DNA from: a virus
Taxonomy: Duplodnaviria; Caudoviricetes
Virus record (IMG/VR): IMGVR_UViG_3300012942_001284
Coordinates: 1-41,686 of that record
Length of the DNA: 41,686 nt
Reading direction: 5' to 3' (one strand)
Shown here: piece after piece, positions 1 to 10,004 of the stretch
How the letters are laid out: each line of letters opens with the position of its first letter
Numbering within the stretch: position 1 is the stretch's first letter
Position numbers and translations under genes: made by a program
Notes under the pieces: model-generated
Database searches by the model: none
What the model was told of the DNA's origin: nothing
Seen by the model: only the letters and a program-made list of their open reading frames with translations

Positions 1-858
1 ATTGGCGCCGCAATTGCTGGGCCACCAGATAGACACTGTCTTATTGAATACCTTTTTGGGATTTAGACCAAGATTGATCCAATTAGGATTCCCCAAACTT
101 TAGGCAAAAAAATATCATTTTTGACACCACTTTGTCCAAAAGATTTTATATGGGAGCCTCCTCAGTAGCCCATTGGCGCCCAATTGCTGGGCCACCTGGT
201 AGACACTGTCTTATTGGATACCTTTTTGGGATTTAGGCCAAGATTGATCCAATTAGGATTCTCAAACTTTAGGCAAAAAAATATCATTTTTGACACCACT
301 TTGTCCAATAGATTTTATATGGGAGCCTCCTCAATAGCTCCATTGGTGCCGCAATTGCTGGGCCACCTGGTAAAAACTGTCTTATTGGATACCTTTTTTG
401 TCCTATTGGATACCTTTTGGGATTTAGGCCAAGATTGATCCAATTAGGACTCTTAAACTTTAGGCAAAAAAATGTCATTTTTGACACCACTTTGTCCAAT
501 AGATTTTATATGGGATAGCCTCCTCAATAGCCCCATTGGCGCCGCAATTGCTGGGCCACCTGGTAGACACTGTCTTATTGAATACCTTTTTGGGATTTAG
601 ACCAAGATTGATCCAATTGGGACTCTTAAACTTTAGGCAAAAAAATATCATTTTTGACACCACTTTGTCCAAAAGATTTTATATCGGAGCCTCCTCAGTA
701 GTTCCAATGGCCCCCCAGTTGCTGGGCCACCTGGTAAAAGCTGTCTTATTGGATACCTTTTTTGTCCTATTGGACACCTTTTGGGATTTAGGCCAAGATT
801 GATCCAATTAGGACTCCCCAAACTTTAGGCGAAAAAATATCATTTTTGACACCACTTT
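1..858. repeat. Tandem array of ~170-193 bp imperfect repeats (at least 5 units, starts before the window)
   Basis: Unit head ATTGG(C/T)GCC(G)CAATTGCTGGGCCACC recurs at 1, 172, 342, 535 and in degenerate form at 706. Units 3 and 5 carry an extra ~21-bp internal duplication (GTCCTATTGGA(T/C)ACCTTTT). No unique spacers. Confidence 0.95.
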
Positions 859-1006
859 TTCTGGTAAATACCTAAAGGGGTGCATATTTGATAAGTCGAA
901 CGACCTCATTTTCTATGTCAATAGTCCACAAAATCCCCTTTTAGATACCTTTTTACTGTAATATGTAACGGCGGGTCAGATAGGGCAAGTTGAAAAATAA
1001 ATCCGG

Positions 1007-4000
1007 TTATTTTCCCTGGAAATAGGCTGAGGGGGACTTTCCAAATGTTGATTTAAAGGTTTTACTAAAATAGGATTGACTTTGTATGCCTACCATGTCC
1101 ATTATCTCAGAAATAGAATAATTTGTAGTGGTCAATAGCTTGGCGGCTTTTTTCATTTTAAGATCCTTCACCAGTTCAATATAAGAACCACCAGTTATAT
1201 CCTTTATTTTAAGGTATAGTTTCGTTTTGCTCATGCTGATTTCCTTACAGAGGTCATCGACTTTAAAATCGGCATTCTGGATATTAGATTCTATGATTTC
1301 TATTATCTTTTGCAATAAGGCCTTGTCGGACTGTGTTTGTGTAATTTCAAGTACGGATAAATGGGCTTCTTGCAAAAGATGCGCCTTCCATTGGGCTCTT
1401 TTCTCAAAAATACGTTCTATTGTTTTCTTTAAAATATTCGGATTAAAGGGTTTAATGAAGTAATAATCTGCGCCCGTCTCAATCCCTTCCAGATAGGATT
1501 GGTCTGATTCTTTTGCTGTCAGCAAAATAAAGGGTATATGTGCTGTTAAATTATCCGACCGAACGCTTTTACAAAACTCAATACCATCCATAATCGGCAT
1601 CATAATATCACTTATAATCAGTTGTGGCATATGGTTAGAAATCAATTGAATGGCTTCCTGCCCGTTACTTGCCAATTGAATATTATAGTCCGTATTCAGA
1701 AGACCTTCAATGAGTTGTTGTACTTCCTGATTGTCCTCTACAATCAATATTGTCGGTGCATTTTTGGGTGCTTTTTCTATTTGAGAATCATTGTCATTAT
1801 AATAGACACTTGGTGCTTCCAAATTGGTAAATGCAGCGATGTTTTCGTGGGTGATCTCATGCTGATTATAGGCATTTGATGCACTCGCAAGCAAGATCAA
1901 AAACTCTGTCCCTTTATCCTTTTCACTACTGACAATAAGAGACCCTTTATGTTTTAGTACCAGGTGTTTGACAAATGCAAGGCCAATTCCAGCACCGATA
2001 TGTCTGTCAGTTATTCTAAAATAGCGATGAAAAATATTAGGTAATGAGCCTTCCGTAATACCAATACCGTTATCACGAACCAAGATGGCGATAATAGGTG
2101 ATCTGGGAGGAAGTCCGATGGTATCCGTATATTTAAAATGTGGTTTAGGGGGAGAACTTGTAAAATGGATTTTCAAATGAATTTGCCCGCCATTCCCTGT
2201 ATATTTTACAGCATTGGACAGCAGATTGTTCAATATTTTTTCCAGGATGGAATGGTCATAAAAGGTCTCATGATTTTGCACATTAGTATCATAGTGGAGT
2301 TTGATGCCTTTTTGCCCTGCAAGGAGTCGGTGTGCGTCCGCCACCTCTTTACCTAATTGACCTATATTGCCCTTAGTAACCCGAAGTGGGGTGTCCTCTT
2401 TTTTTAATTTGCTAAAATCCAGGATTTCTTTAAGTAATTGCTGCAATTTCTGGGTATTAGCATAAATGGAACGATAGATCCTTTGGTTTTTTGGATTTGC
2501 TTCTTCATTCATCAATGTTTCAATTGGCACAGAGATCATCGTAAGTGGGGTTCGGAGTTCATGCGATATATTGGTAAACATCTGAACCTGCATTTCCGTA
2601 ATTTCTTTTTCATTTTGTTCCCGAAGCTGTTTCAATTCTTTTTTCCTTTTGATACTTATCAACCAGAAGATTAACCCACCTAGGAGTATAATGATGAGTG
2701 AAATAAACCAGTTATTTTGCCAAAATGGAGGGGTGATGAAGATGACTATGGTTTTACTGTCAATAGGATTGTTCAAATCTGACGCATTTGAGCATATTTC
2801 CAATTGATATCTGCCAGGTGCAAGATGGTTAAAGCTTATTTTATTGCCTACAGCTTCCTGCCAGTTGTTGCTAATGCCTTTCAGTCGGTAGACAATATTA
2901 TGATTGCCAATATCCGAATAAATGGCATTGGCACATTGTAACGTAAAGGAATTTTCCAAATATGACAGGGTTATTTGCTCTGGCAACAATAAAACCTTGT
3001 TCAAAGGCGATTGTGGGTTATCAAGGATGGTAAGTCCGGTAAAAAGTAATTTTGGAGATTTTAATTGCCGCATCAGTAGTTCGGGGTGAAAACTATTAAA
3101 TCCTTTTAACCCGCCAAAATACATGATTCCGGTTCTTGACTTCAAAGAAGCATTGTCCTCAAACTCTTCTCCCTGTAAATCGTCTTTATTATTAAACCGT
3201 TGTACATTGTTGCTTTGCAGATTAAGCGAAAAAAGTCCATTTGAGGTAGAAATCCAAAGTAGTCCTTTGGTATCCTGTTCAATGGATTTGATAATTACAT
3301 TATCCAATAATGATCCTGTAGTATATGGGACAAAGTTGTTTTTTTGAATATCAAACCTGAACAATCCTTTTTCCCCAACCCATAAATGTTTATCGCTATC
3401 AATAAACAGGACCCGAAGGTCAGGGATGCTGGTGTTTTTATCGATAAAGTAATGCTGAATTGTGCGGCTCTTTTTATCAATACAATTGAGTCCTCCGTCA
3501 TCTGTGCCCACCCATATTCTTTGTTGGTCATCTTCGATAATAGAAAGCGTATTCTTTCCAGATAGCTTGCCCTTGGCAATACCTGATTGGTCAAAAGGGG
3601 TGAATCTGCCTGTTTTTGGATTCAGAAGGGCTAAACCACCAAAATAGGTGCAGACCCAAATTAGCCCTTCTCTATCCTGATATATTCTTTGCACGTAATC
3701 AGAAGGAATGGAAGTCGCGTCTGTTTCTATATGCCGGTAATGGACAAAACTATGCGTGCCAGGCAAATATTTATTAAGACCACCTCCCCAAGTCGCAATC
3801 CAGAGGTTATTGGCTCTATCTGCATAAATGTCTAGAATTGCATTTGAGCTAATAGAGTTGCTGTTACTTGAATCGTGTTTTAAATAGGCAAATAATCCTG
3901 TATTAGGGTCAAGGATATTTATGCCGCCACCATCAGTTCCGGTCCAGATTTTCCCATTGGGTGCTTCCCAAAAAGTTTTAATATCCTCATAATGGAGCGC

Positions 4001-5074
4001 CCCTTTTTTGGGGCTTAACCGAAAGGTTTTAAAAAAAGAGAGCTTTGCGTAAGATATGTTTAAACCTCCTCTGTGAGTACCTACCCAAAGATTGGATTCT
4101 TTATCCCGAAATATGGACGAGATGGTCTTCTGGGATAAGGCATACTCGTTATCCTGCTCGCTATATAAATGTGTAATTGAATCTGTCTTATAATTGAGAT
4201 GATCAAGTCCAGTGAGTGTTCCGATCCAGATGCTTCCATCGTTATCTTTCCACAGGCTTTTGATCATATTATTGGACACCCTGAATGGATCCGTACCATA
4301 TTGGTCAATTCTTTGCAGATTATTCTTTGTATGATTAAAAACCAAGAGACCGTTTTTCTCTGTTCCCAAAATGAGTGTATGTTCATTGACTCTCAGGATC
4401 TTGATAATGTTGGCTTCCTGCAGGCGTGTTTTGTCCAGCCATTGTTGCCAACTGTTGGTTTGCATATTATAGCTAAACAATCCAGAAGGTGTACTGAACC
4501 ATATATGCTGGTGTTTACCTATATAAAGTGTATTGATGGTATTGTTTTTAGGCCATGATGGCAATGCCGGGTTCGCAAAAGACGTGGCCTTATTATTTTT
4601 AGTATTGATTTTAAAAAGGCCATTATTGGCAGTAGCAACCCAGATATAACCACTACTATCACATGCGATCTTATTGACAATGAGGGGTAATGATGTGTTT
4701 GGGATATGAACCGAATGAAAGAATCCCTTATGAAGATCCAATTTATTAATACCATTGCGGGTGCCAAGCCACAAGTGATGCTGTGTGTCCTCAGTAATGT
4801 CCGTTATATAATCATTGGAAATGGTTCCTGAATCCCGATTGTCATGGTAGAAGTTGGTAATGTGATCTCCTTCGATTCTGTTAAGACCATTTCTGGTGCC
4901 AATCCATATAAGGCCAGAATGATCCTGGAAGATACATTCAATGGTGCTATTGGAGAGTCCTGATTCTGTGCTGATATGTTTAAAGATATAAACGTCCCTT
5001 TTCTGACCAAACAAATGTCTGCCAGGTATACTTATTATAACACAACATAAAAGAATTCTTAAAAAGGCAGCCAT
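1007..5074 (-). CDS. Hybrid two-component system sensor kinase/response regulator (beta-propeller sensor, Y_Y_Y, HisKA, HATPase, receiver, AraC HTH)
   Basis: Repeated 'IWIGT..GLN' propeller blades, 'TPPFWQNNWF' plus TM helix, 'FTNISHELRTPLT', 'NLLSNAVKYT', 'GIGLAFVK', 'IISDIMMPIMDG', AraC 'SYFSKTFKSTFGKSPSAY'. Start taken at MAAFLR (5074). Confidence 0.95.
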   Translation of the reverse strand: MAAFLRILLCCVIISIPGRHLFGQKRDVYIFKHISTESGLSNSTIECIFQDHSGLIWIGTRNGLNRIEGDHITNFYHDNRDSGTISNDYITDITEDTQHHLWLGTRNGINKLDLHKGFFHSVHIPNTSLPLIVNKIACDSSGYIWVATANNGLFKINTKNNKATSFANPALPSWPKNNTINTLYIGKHQHIWFSTPSGLFSYNMQTNSWQQWLDKTRLQEANIIKILRVNEHTLILGTEKNGLLVFNHTKNNLQRIDQYGTDPFRVSNNMIKSLWKDNDGSIWIGTLTGLDHLNYKTDSITHLYSEQDNEYALSQKTISSIFRDKESNLWVGTHRGGLNISYAKLSFFKTFRLSPKKGALHYEDIKTFWEAPNGKIWTGTDGGGINILDPNTGLFAYLKHDSSNSNSISSNAILDIYADRANNLWIATWGGGLNKYLPGTHSFVHYRHIETDATSIPSDYVQRIYQDREGLIWVCTYFGGLALLNPKTGRFTPFDQSGIAKGKLSGKNTLSIIEDDQQRIWVGTDDGGLNCIDKKSRTIQHYFIDKNTSIPDLRVLFIDSDKHLWVGEKGLFRFDIQKNNFVPYTTGSLLDNVIIKSIEQDTKGLLWISTSNGLFSLNLQSNNVQRFNNKDDLQGEEFEDNASLKSRTGIMYFGGLKGFNSFHPELLMRQLKSPKLLFTGLTILDNPQSPLNKVLLLPEQITLSYLENSFTLQCANAIYSDIGNHNIVYRLKGISNNWQEAVGNKISFNHLAPGRYQLEICSNASDLNNPIDSKTIVIFITPPFWQNNWFISLIIILLGGLIFWLISIKRKKELKQLREQNEKEITEMQVQMFTNISHELRTPLTMISVPIETLMNEEANPKNQRIYRSIYANTQKLQQLLKEILDFSKLKKEDTPLRVTKGNIGQLGKEVADAHRLLAGQKGIKLHYDTNVQNHETFYDHSILEKILNNLLSNAVKYTGNGGQIHLKIHFTSSPPKPHFKYTDTIGLPPRSPIIAILVRDNGIGITEGSLPNIFHRYFRITDRHIGAGIGLAFVKHLVLKHKGSLIVSSEKDKGTEFLILLASASNAYNQHEITHENIAAFTNLEAPSVYYNDNDSQIEKAPKNAPTILIVEDNQEVQQLIEGLLNTDYNIQLASNGQEAIQLISNHMPQLIISDIMMPIMDGIEFCKSVRSDNLTAHIPFILLTAKESDQSYLEGIETGADYYFIKPFNPNILKKTIERIFEKRAQWKAHLLQEAHLSVLEITQTQSDKALLQKIIEIIESNIQNADFKVDDLCKEISMSKTKLYLKIKDITGGSYIELVKDLKMKKAAKLLTTTNYSISEIMDMVGIQSQSYFSKTFKSTFGKSPSAYFQGK

Positions 5075-5138
5075 GATTTTCTGCAAAATGGATTGAAACA
5101 GCCAAGTTAGAGGTCGAAAATACACTTTTAAGCCGAAA

Positions 5139-5206
5139 AATGATGAATAGAGCATCAATAATGATGAAAATGGCAAGCGGTTCAGGTGCGAACCCCGTTA
5201 AATTTG
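5139..5206 (+). promoter_or_regulatory. Putative HTCS-binding direct repeat and Bacteroidota -7 promoter of the susC-like gene
   Basis: AATGATGAA at 5139 and 5160 (21-bp period, typical of HTCS sites). TAAATTTG at 5199-5206 matches TAnnTTTG. Confidence 0.55.
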
Positions 5207-5240
5207 TTAAAGATTATTAAAGCCAAAATCATATTCAATC

Positions 5241-5576
5241 ATGAAGAGTCATTTGTTATTGAAGTGTCGTTTACTGCTATTTTTTATATTAAGTAGTTTA
5301 ACGGCTGTTCAGGCACAATCAGAAATCTTAAAAGGCCAAGTGGTAGACGCCGCAACCAAAAGTCCGCTGTCAGAGGTTCAAATTCGGGGAGGAGCTTCCC
5401 AGGTAGTTCAAACAGATCTTCAGGGAAATTTCAGTTTGGAAGTATCTGCATTTCCCATAAGGCTACAAATTACAAGAGAAGGTTATTTGAGTCAGACCAG
5501 GGTTTTTGAAACAAATAAGCAACCCGTCCATATTGAATTGCTGGCCATTTATGGGGGTACAGTTAAACCGTCCTAA
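5241..5576 (+). pseudogene. 5' fragment of a SusC/TonB-dependent receptor-like gene (signal peptide + CarboxypepD_reg-like domain), truncated by the prophage at ~5550
   Basis: Signal peptide then 'LKGQVVDAATKSPLSEVQI...TDLQGNFSL...GYLSQ'. Divergent from an HTCS as in polysaccharide utilisation loci. The last ~8 codons come from phage end sequence. Confidence 0.75.
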
Positions 5577-5665
5577 AATATAAATGTATATATATTGCGC
5601 AAAAGCTGCGTAAACATTGGATTGTAGCGAAAAATAGCGCTTACTATGGTTTCAGTCAATCCGTC
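5550..5665 (+). repeat. Left end: putative transposase-binding sites
   Basis: CCGTCCTAAAA (5568-5578) is the exact inverse of TTTTAGGACGG (41512-41522). TCAATCCGTC (5656-5665) is the inverse of GACGGATTGA (41518-41527). Confidence 0.75.
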
Positions 5666-5890
5666 AGAATGGTTTAAATTTAAGCGTATTTACTTCATAT
5701 ATAGAGGTCGATAAAGAGTTCTTAGTTTAAATGTGATTTAACTTCAGCTCAAATATCGTTCAATTGGCGGCAAAATAAGCTAACTAACTGAAATACAATA
5801 ATCGTTATATTTTTTCATCATTTTAATTACGAGGTTTTTATGGTGTCGAATTAGAGTCAAAGCTAACAATGGCAGTAATCAAAATTAAAA

Positions 5891-5938
5891 GTTGGGCTTG
5901 CAGTTGGGCTTGCAGTTGGGCTTGCAGTTGGGCTTGCA
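5891..5938. repeat. Perfect 12-bp tandem repeat (GTTGGGCTTGCA)x4
   Basis: Read directly from the sequence. Confidence 0.97.
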
Positions 5939-6018
5939 AACTGTATAGGAATAAGTACCCTGTAAGTACTTTTTAATTGCTTGTTATCCACCATAATTTG
6001 GGTTTATAGCCTATTAAA

Positions 6019-6711
6019 CTACCTAAAATTTAACCAGGCTTCAACTAAGCAAACCCTAATTACCATATCTTTCCTAATAAATGTTGGCTTTATTCTTTCG
6101 TTATGGGGAATTAGCTTTAATTCATCGGGGCTGTCGCCGGTTTGTACATATTTGACCGTTTCAAAACCGTTGGTGGTTGCTATCAGGTACATCTCCCCTT
6201 CGTCAAAATAATCAAGATTCTCAATAATTCTACAGGCGGCAATAGTACCGCTTTTCATGATTGGGTACATGCTATTTCCGCTAACTACCGCTGCAAAATT
6301 ACAGTTTCTCAATTTTGGAAGGGATAAAAAGCCAATAGGTTCAAAATGTGTTCGGTCATCCTGATATCTTTCAAGAAAACTTGCATCAATAGGAACGTCG
6401 TAAATGGGAATGCCGGCACCGGGCGTTTCTATATTCATCGTGGTAGGCGTTGATAGCTTTTTTGCTCTTCTTTTGAGCAAATAGCTTGCCGTTTCCGGTT
6501 CTTGTTTAACGTCATCCTCCCCCGTCATTAAATAAATTAGACTATTTTCTAAGTATGAAGAAAGTTTTATAAGTGTTTCTTCTCCAATTTCTCCACCTCT
6601 TTTCTCCATTTTTGCTAAATAGCCATTGGATAAACCAAGATCTGCCTCAACTTTTGAAGGTTTGAGGCCCTTGTCTGTCAATATCTTCATTACCCTGTTA
6701 ATTGCTCGCAT
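6019..6711 (-). CDS. Phage repressor, HTH + S24 (LexA/CI-type) peptidase domain
   Basis: N-terminal HTH ('SKVEADLGLSNGYLAK'), 'VSGNSMYP' catalytic Ser, 'TVKYV' Lys. Divergent from the early operon. Start taken at MRAIN. Confidence 0.9.
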   Translation of the reverse strand: MRAINRVMKILTDKGLKPSKVEADLGLSNGYLAKMEKRGGEIGEETLIKLSSYLENSLIYLMTGEDDVKQEPETASYLLKRRAKKLSTPTTMNIETPGAGIPIYDVPIDASFLERYQDDRTHFEPIGFLSLPKLRNCNFAAVVSGNSMYPIMKSGTIAACRIIENLDYFDEGEMYLIATTNGFETVKYVQTGDSPDELKLIPHNERIKPTFIRKDMVIRVCLVEAWLNFR

Positions 6712-6738
6712 AAAAAAATAGAAAAAAGGCGAAATAAA

Positions 6739-6770
6739 TTTGTTCAATTAGACTAAAGTCTATTACTTTG
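6739..6770 (+). promoter_or_regulatory. Early promoter overlapped by a palindromic operator
   Basis: TTTG (6739-6742), 20 nt, then TTACTTTG (6763-6770, near TAnnTTTG). Palindrome TAGACT-AA-AGTCTA at 6749-6762 lies between them. Confidence 0.65.
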
Positions 6771-6788
6771 CTGTATAATAATTCGCAA

Positions 6789-7016
6789 ATGTCAAATAAA
6801 AGTACAAATAAAAAAAACAATCGTCCTAAAAAAAGGGTTTCACAGGCCTGGGTTGCGGAGGTTGTTGGTTGCAGTCAGGCGATGGTTAGTGACATAAAAA
6901 ATAATAACCGGAATAATGATACAGACCTGGGTACTCGTATTGAGTTGGCAGATGTGTTATTAGAGGAAGGTGTGGAAAAGGTGATTAGTGATGTAAAAAA
7001 AATTGTCAGGAAGTAG
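6789..7016 (+). CDS. Ner/Cro-like HTH regulator
   Basis: 'SQAWVAEVVGCSQAMVSDIK' HTH, located between repressor and transposase. Confidence 0.75.
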   Translation: MSNKSTNKKNNRPKKRVSQAWVAEVVGCSQAMVSDIKNNNRNNDTDLGTRIELADVLLEEGVEKVISDVKKIVRK

Positions 7017-8993
7017 TTGAAGCTAGTAAACAACATATTATTTATTGAGAGTCAGGAATTTATTAAACCCACTGGGCTTATTCCTAAAGGCACCTATGAC
7101 ACTTTAAAAAGTAGGAGAAAAATTGAGGTCATAGGTCGCGGCGGTAATGGTAATGAAGCACTAATAAAGTATGAGTCCCTGCCGCCGGTATATAAAGCAT
7201 TGGTCCAGGAACGGTTTGGCAATCCGTATGAATATGTTGCAAAACAACCAATTATTGATTTAATACAACCTGATGAAAAGGCCCGTAAGTTCTTTGACAA
7301 TTATGCCCAGTGCAACCTGGATGACATTGACAGGCGTAATTACGTCAATGATGCCGCTATCCTGAATGCATTTCATAAGCTCCTTAGCAATAAAAGAGAG
7401 CTTAAAAAGATGCTCAATATTACAATTGCTGCATTTTGGGTAAAAGCCGGTGAAATCATAAAAGACGTGGAACACCAGTATCCAAATACGCTTCCTACCA
7501 GTGAGCGCCGGTTGAAACCACACTATAATACTTATGTCAAGAGTGGATTCGATTATAATACCCTCATTGATGGCAGAAAGTTCAATGAAACCAATAACAA
7601 AAAGGTAGATGCCCAGTTTGAATGGCTGATAATGTCATTATATGTTACCGGGAGGCCCTATAAAAACGAGGTATACAACAATTATTTGAAGTTTTTAGCA
7701 GGGGATATTACCCTAATTGACAAGAAAACTGGGGAAATATTCGACGTAGAAGAGTACAAAAAGTACGGGGAATTGAGTGATACGACCATCTGGCGCATAC
7801 TTTCTGCACCTAGAAACATGGTAATCATTGACAAATTGCGTTTAAATGCCCTTGATTATAGCAATAAACACCTGCCCTATAACGAACGGCACGCCCCTGA
7901 ATTCTCTTTGAGTAAGATTTCTATCGATGACCTGGAAATACAATTTGATGTTGAGGGCAACGACAAGCGGGTGTCTGCTTACGAGATCATTGATGTAGCA
8001 AGCGGTTGCATAATAGGTAAATCTTTCGGTATGAAAAAAGACCGGAATCTATTTATGGCAGCGATAAAGGACATGTTCCGTTTTCTGGCTAACAACGGCA
8101 TGGGGATTCCAGCCGAAATAGAATTTGAGCACCACATTGCCAATACCTTCCTGGACGACCTTTTAAAGGATGGCAATGTTTTTCCATTTACCCGTCTTTG
8201 TCGGGCCGCCAATCCAAGGGAAAAGAGAGCGGAACATACATTCAGGTCTAAACGCTACAGCCCTGCCATAAAGAACCAAAAAGGGTTTAAGGGCCGTCCC
8301 TTTGCGAAGAGCGAGGCCAATAGATTAAATGAGCGGGATAAGGTAAAATATTATTATGATGATATTGTTGCCATTGAAATGGCGGCCATAGAGGCCCGTA
8401 ATAGCGAGATGCACCATAAAACAGATAAATACCCAGGCAAGACCAGATGGGAGGTATTTATGGAGAATATTAACCCCAATTTGGCCCACATTAATAATAA
8501 GACGCTGGCAAGACACATAGGGGAACGCACTTCAACCACTATCCGCAATAACAAGGTGATGAAGGTGCAATATAACAACTACTGGTTACCCACCCCAGAA
8601 TCTATTGAGCTGTTTGACAGCTATACGGTTACTGCCTACTATATAAGGGAAGCAGACGGGACTATACCCGAAGTTCACCTGTATCAGAATGATGAATATA
8701 AATGCACCTGTACACAGTCAGCGCCATACAATGAATCACAGGTTGAACAGACCGCTGACGATAAGCATAAAATGCATGTACAATTTGGATATCGCAGCAA
8801 GTTTGACAAAATGATCAGGGATGGGGTTGAGAGCCTGGCTAAAATGGAAATCATATCAAATGAATCCGTTAATAAGGCTGTTGTTAAACCAGCACGGGCC
8901 GCAAAGATATCAAAGGCAACCCTTCAAAATCAGGAGGAAGCGCCCAAAAGAGTAAAAGTGGATTACAGCAAGATGGCTGAAGATGACTTATAA
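7017..8993 (+). CDS. MuA-like DDE transposase
   Basis: 658 aa. 'ISIDD', 'IIDVASGCIIG', 'EIEFEHH', 'NPREKRAEH' RNaseH-like core. Followed by an AAA ATPase. Confidence 0.88.
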   Translation: MKLVNNILFIESQEFIKPTGLIPKGTYDTLKSRRKIEVIGRGGNGNEALIKYESLPPVYKALVQERFGNPYEYVAKQPIIDLIQPDEKARKFFDNYAQCNLDDIDRRNYVNDAAILNAFHKLLSNKRELKKMLNITIAAFWVKAGEIIKDVEHQYPNTLPTSERRLKPHYNTYVKSGFDYNTLIDGRKFNETNNKKVDAQFEWLIMSLYVTGRPYKNEVYNNYLKFLAGDITLIDKKTGEIFDVEEYKKYGELSDTTIWRILSAPRNMVIIDKLRLNALDYSNKHLPYNERHAPEFSLSKISIDDLEIQFDVEGNDKRVSAYEIIDVASGCIIGKSFGMKKDRNLFMAAIKDMFRFLANNGMGIPAEIEFEHHIANTFLDDLLKDGNVFPFTRLCRAANPREKRAEHTFRSKRYSPAIKNQKGFKGRPFAKSEANRLNERDKVKYYYDDIVAIEMAAIEARNSEMHHKTDKYPGKTRWEVFMENINPNLAHINNKTLARHIGERTSTTIRNNKVMKVQYNNYWLPTPESIELFDSYTVTAYYIREADGTIPEVHLYQNDEYKCTCTQSAPYNESQVEQTADDKHKMHVQFGYRSKFDKMIRDGVESLAKMEIISNESVNKAVVKPARAAKISKATLQNQEEAPKRVKVDYSKMAEDDL

Positions 8994-8995
8994 AA

Positions 8996-9020
8996 AGGGC
9001 GGTATTACCAGTACCGCCCC
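8996..9020. terminator. Hairpin/terminator after the transposase
   Basis: GGGCGGTA-N7-TACCGCCC. Confidence 0.55.
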
Positions 9021-9108
9021 TAATCAGAAATAAATAACGATCAATTAACCAATTAAATCACTGATCAATTAAACCACTATTCATAACCAATTAAACCAAT
9101 ACAAAAGT

Positions 9109-10002
9109 ATGAACATTGACGAACAAGCAAGGAAAAAGATCCTCACCGCCCTGCTTTCAGTACGAGGAAACTTTGACGGAAGCGATGCCAAGTTTGCACT
9201 CGCTTACGGTATCAACAAAAGTGTATTTAACCGCCTGAAAAAAGGCGAGACAGAGCGTGTCCTAAAAGATGCCGCCTGGATCACGATGGCTAGGAAGCTA
9301 AATGTACTCCTGGGGGATGAGCCAGAATGGATGGCCGCTAATACCGGTGTGTTTGAATACCTGACCAGCCAGATGTCTGTTTGCAAAAGCGAAAGCATCA
9401 GCGCTATGTATTGCGACGCTACTGAGGTAGGTAAAACCTTTGCTGCAAAGCACTTTGTATCGGGCAATAAGAATGCGGTGTATGTGGATTGCAGCCTGCA
9501 TAAGACCAAAAATAAGCTGGTGCGCTTCATTGCCCAATCCTTCGGCGTGGATAATACAGGCCGGTATGACGATGTATTTGCCGATTTAGTCTACCTGTTG
9601 AAAGTGATCTATAAGCCCATAGTGATCCTGGACGAGTTTGGTGACCTGGACTACTCCGCCTTTATGGAGGTGAAGGCCCTCTGGAACGGTAGTGAAGGCA
9701 CTTGCAGCTGGTATGCCCTTGGTGCCGATGGCCTTCAAAAGAAGATCGATCAGGGGCGTATTAATAAAAGGGTCGGTTTTGCGGAAATATTCAGCCGTTA
9801 TGGCTCGAAATACAACCGGATAACCCCCTTAGTGCCCGATGAGCAAAAGGAGTTCTGGATGGAAGAGGCTGTGGCCATTATAAATGCCAATCTGCCAAAT
9901 TACCAGGATAAACAAAAGCTGCTAATCAAGGCAAATGGCAGCAACCGGGCCTTACGTACCCAGATTCTGAAAATCAAACGCCAACTTCAAAACCCCTCTT
10001 AG
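9109..10002 (+). CDS. MuB-like AAA transposition ATPase
   Basis: Degenerate Walker A 'DATEVGKT', Walker B 'IVILDEFG', N-terminal HTH. Adjacent to the transposase. Confidence 0.88.
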   Translation: MNIDEQARKKILTALLSVRGNFDGSDAKFALAYGINKSVFNRLKKGETERVLKDAAWITMARKLNVLLGDEPEWMAANTGVFEYLTSQMSVCKSESISAMYCDATEVGKTFAAKHFVSGNKNAVYVDCSLHKTKNKLVRFIAQSFGVDNTGRYDDVFADLVYLLKVIYKPIVILDEFGDLDYSAFMEVKALWNGSEGTCSWYALGADGLQKKIDQGRINKRVGFAEIFSRYGSKYNRITPLVPDEQKEFWMEEAVAIINANLPNYQDKQKLLIKANGSNRALRTQILKIKRQLQNPS

Positions 10003-10004
10003 CT

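Noticed and set aside
1-858. CRISPR array, or real genes at 184-438, 284-499, 475-672, 536-802
   Set aside because: Whole units repeat with no unique spacers. The ORFs are repeat-derived and frames break between units.
1227-5010. Small ORFs nested in the HTCS gene
   Set aside because: Fully overlap a well-supported CDS and have no motifs.
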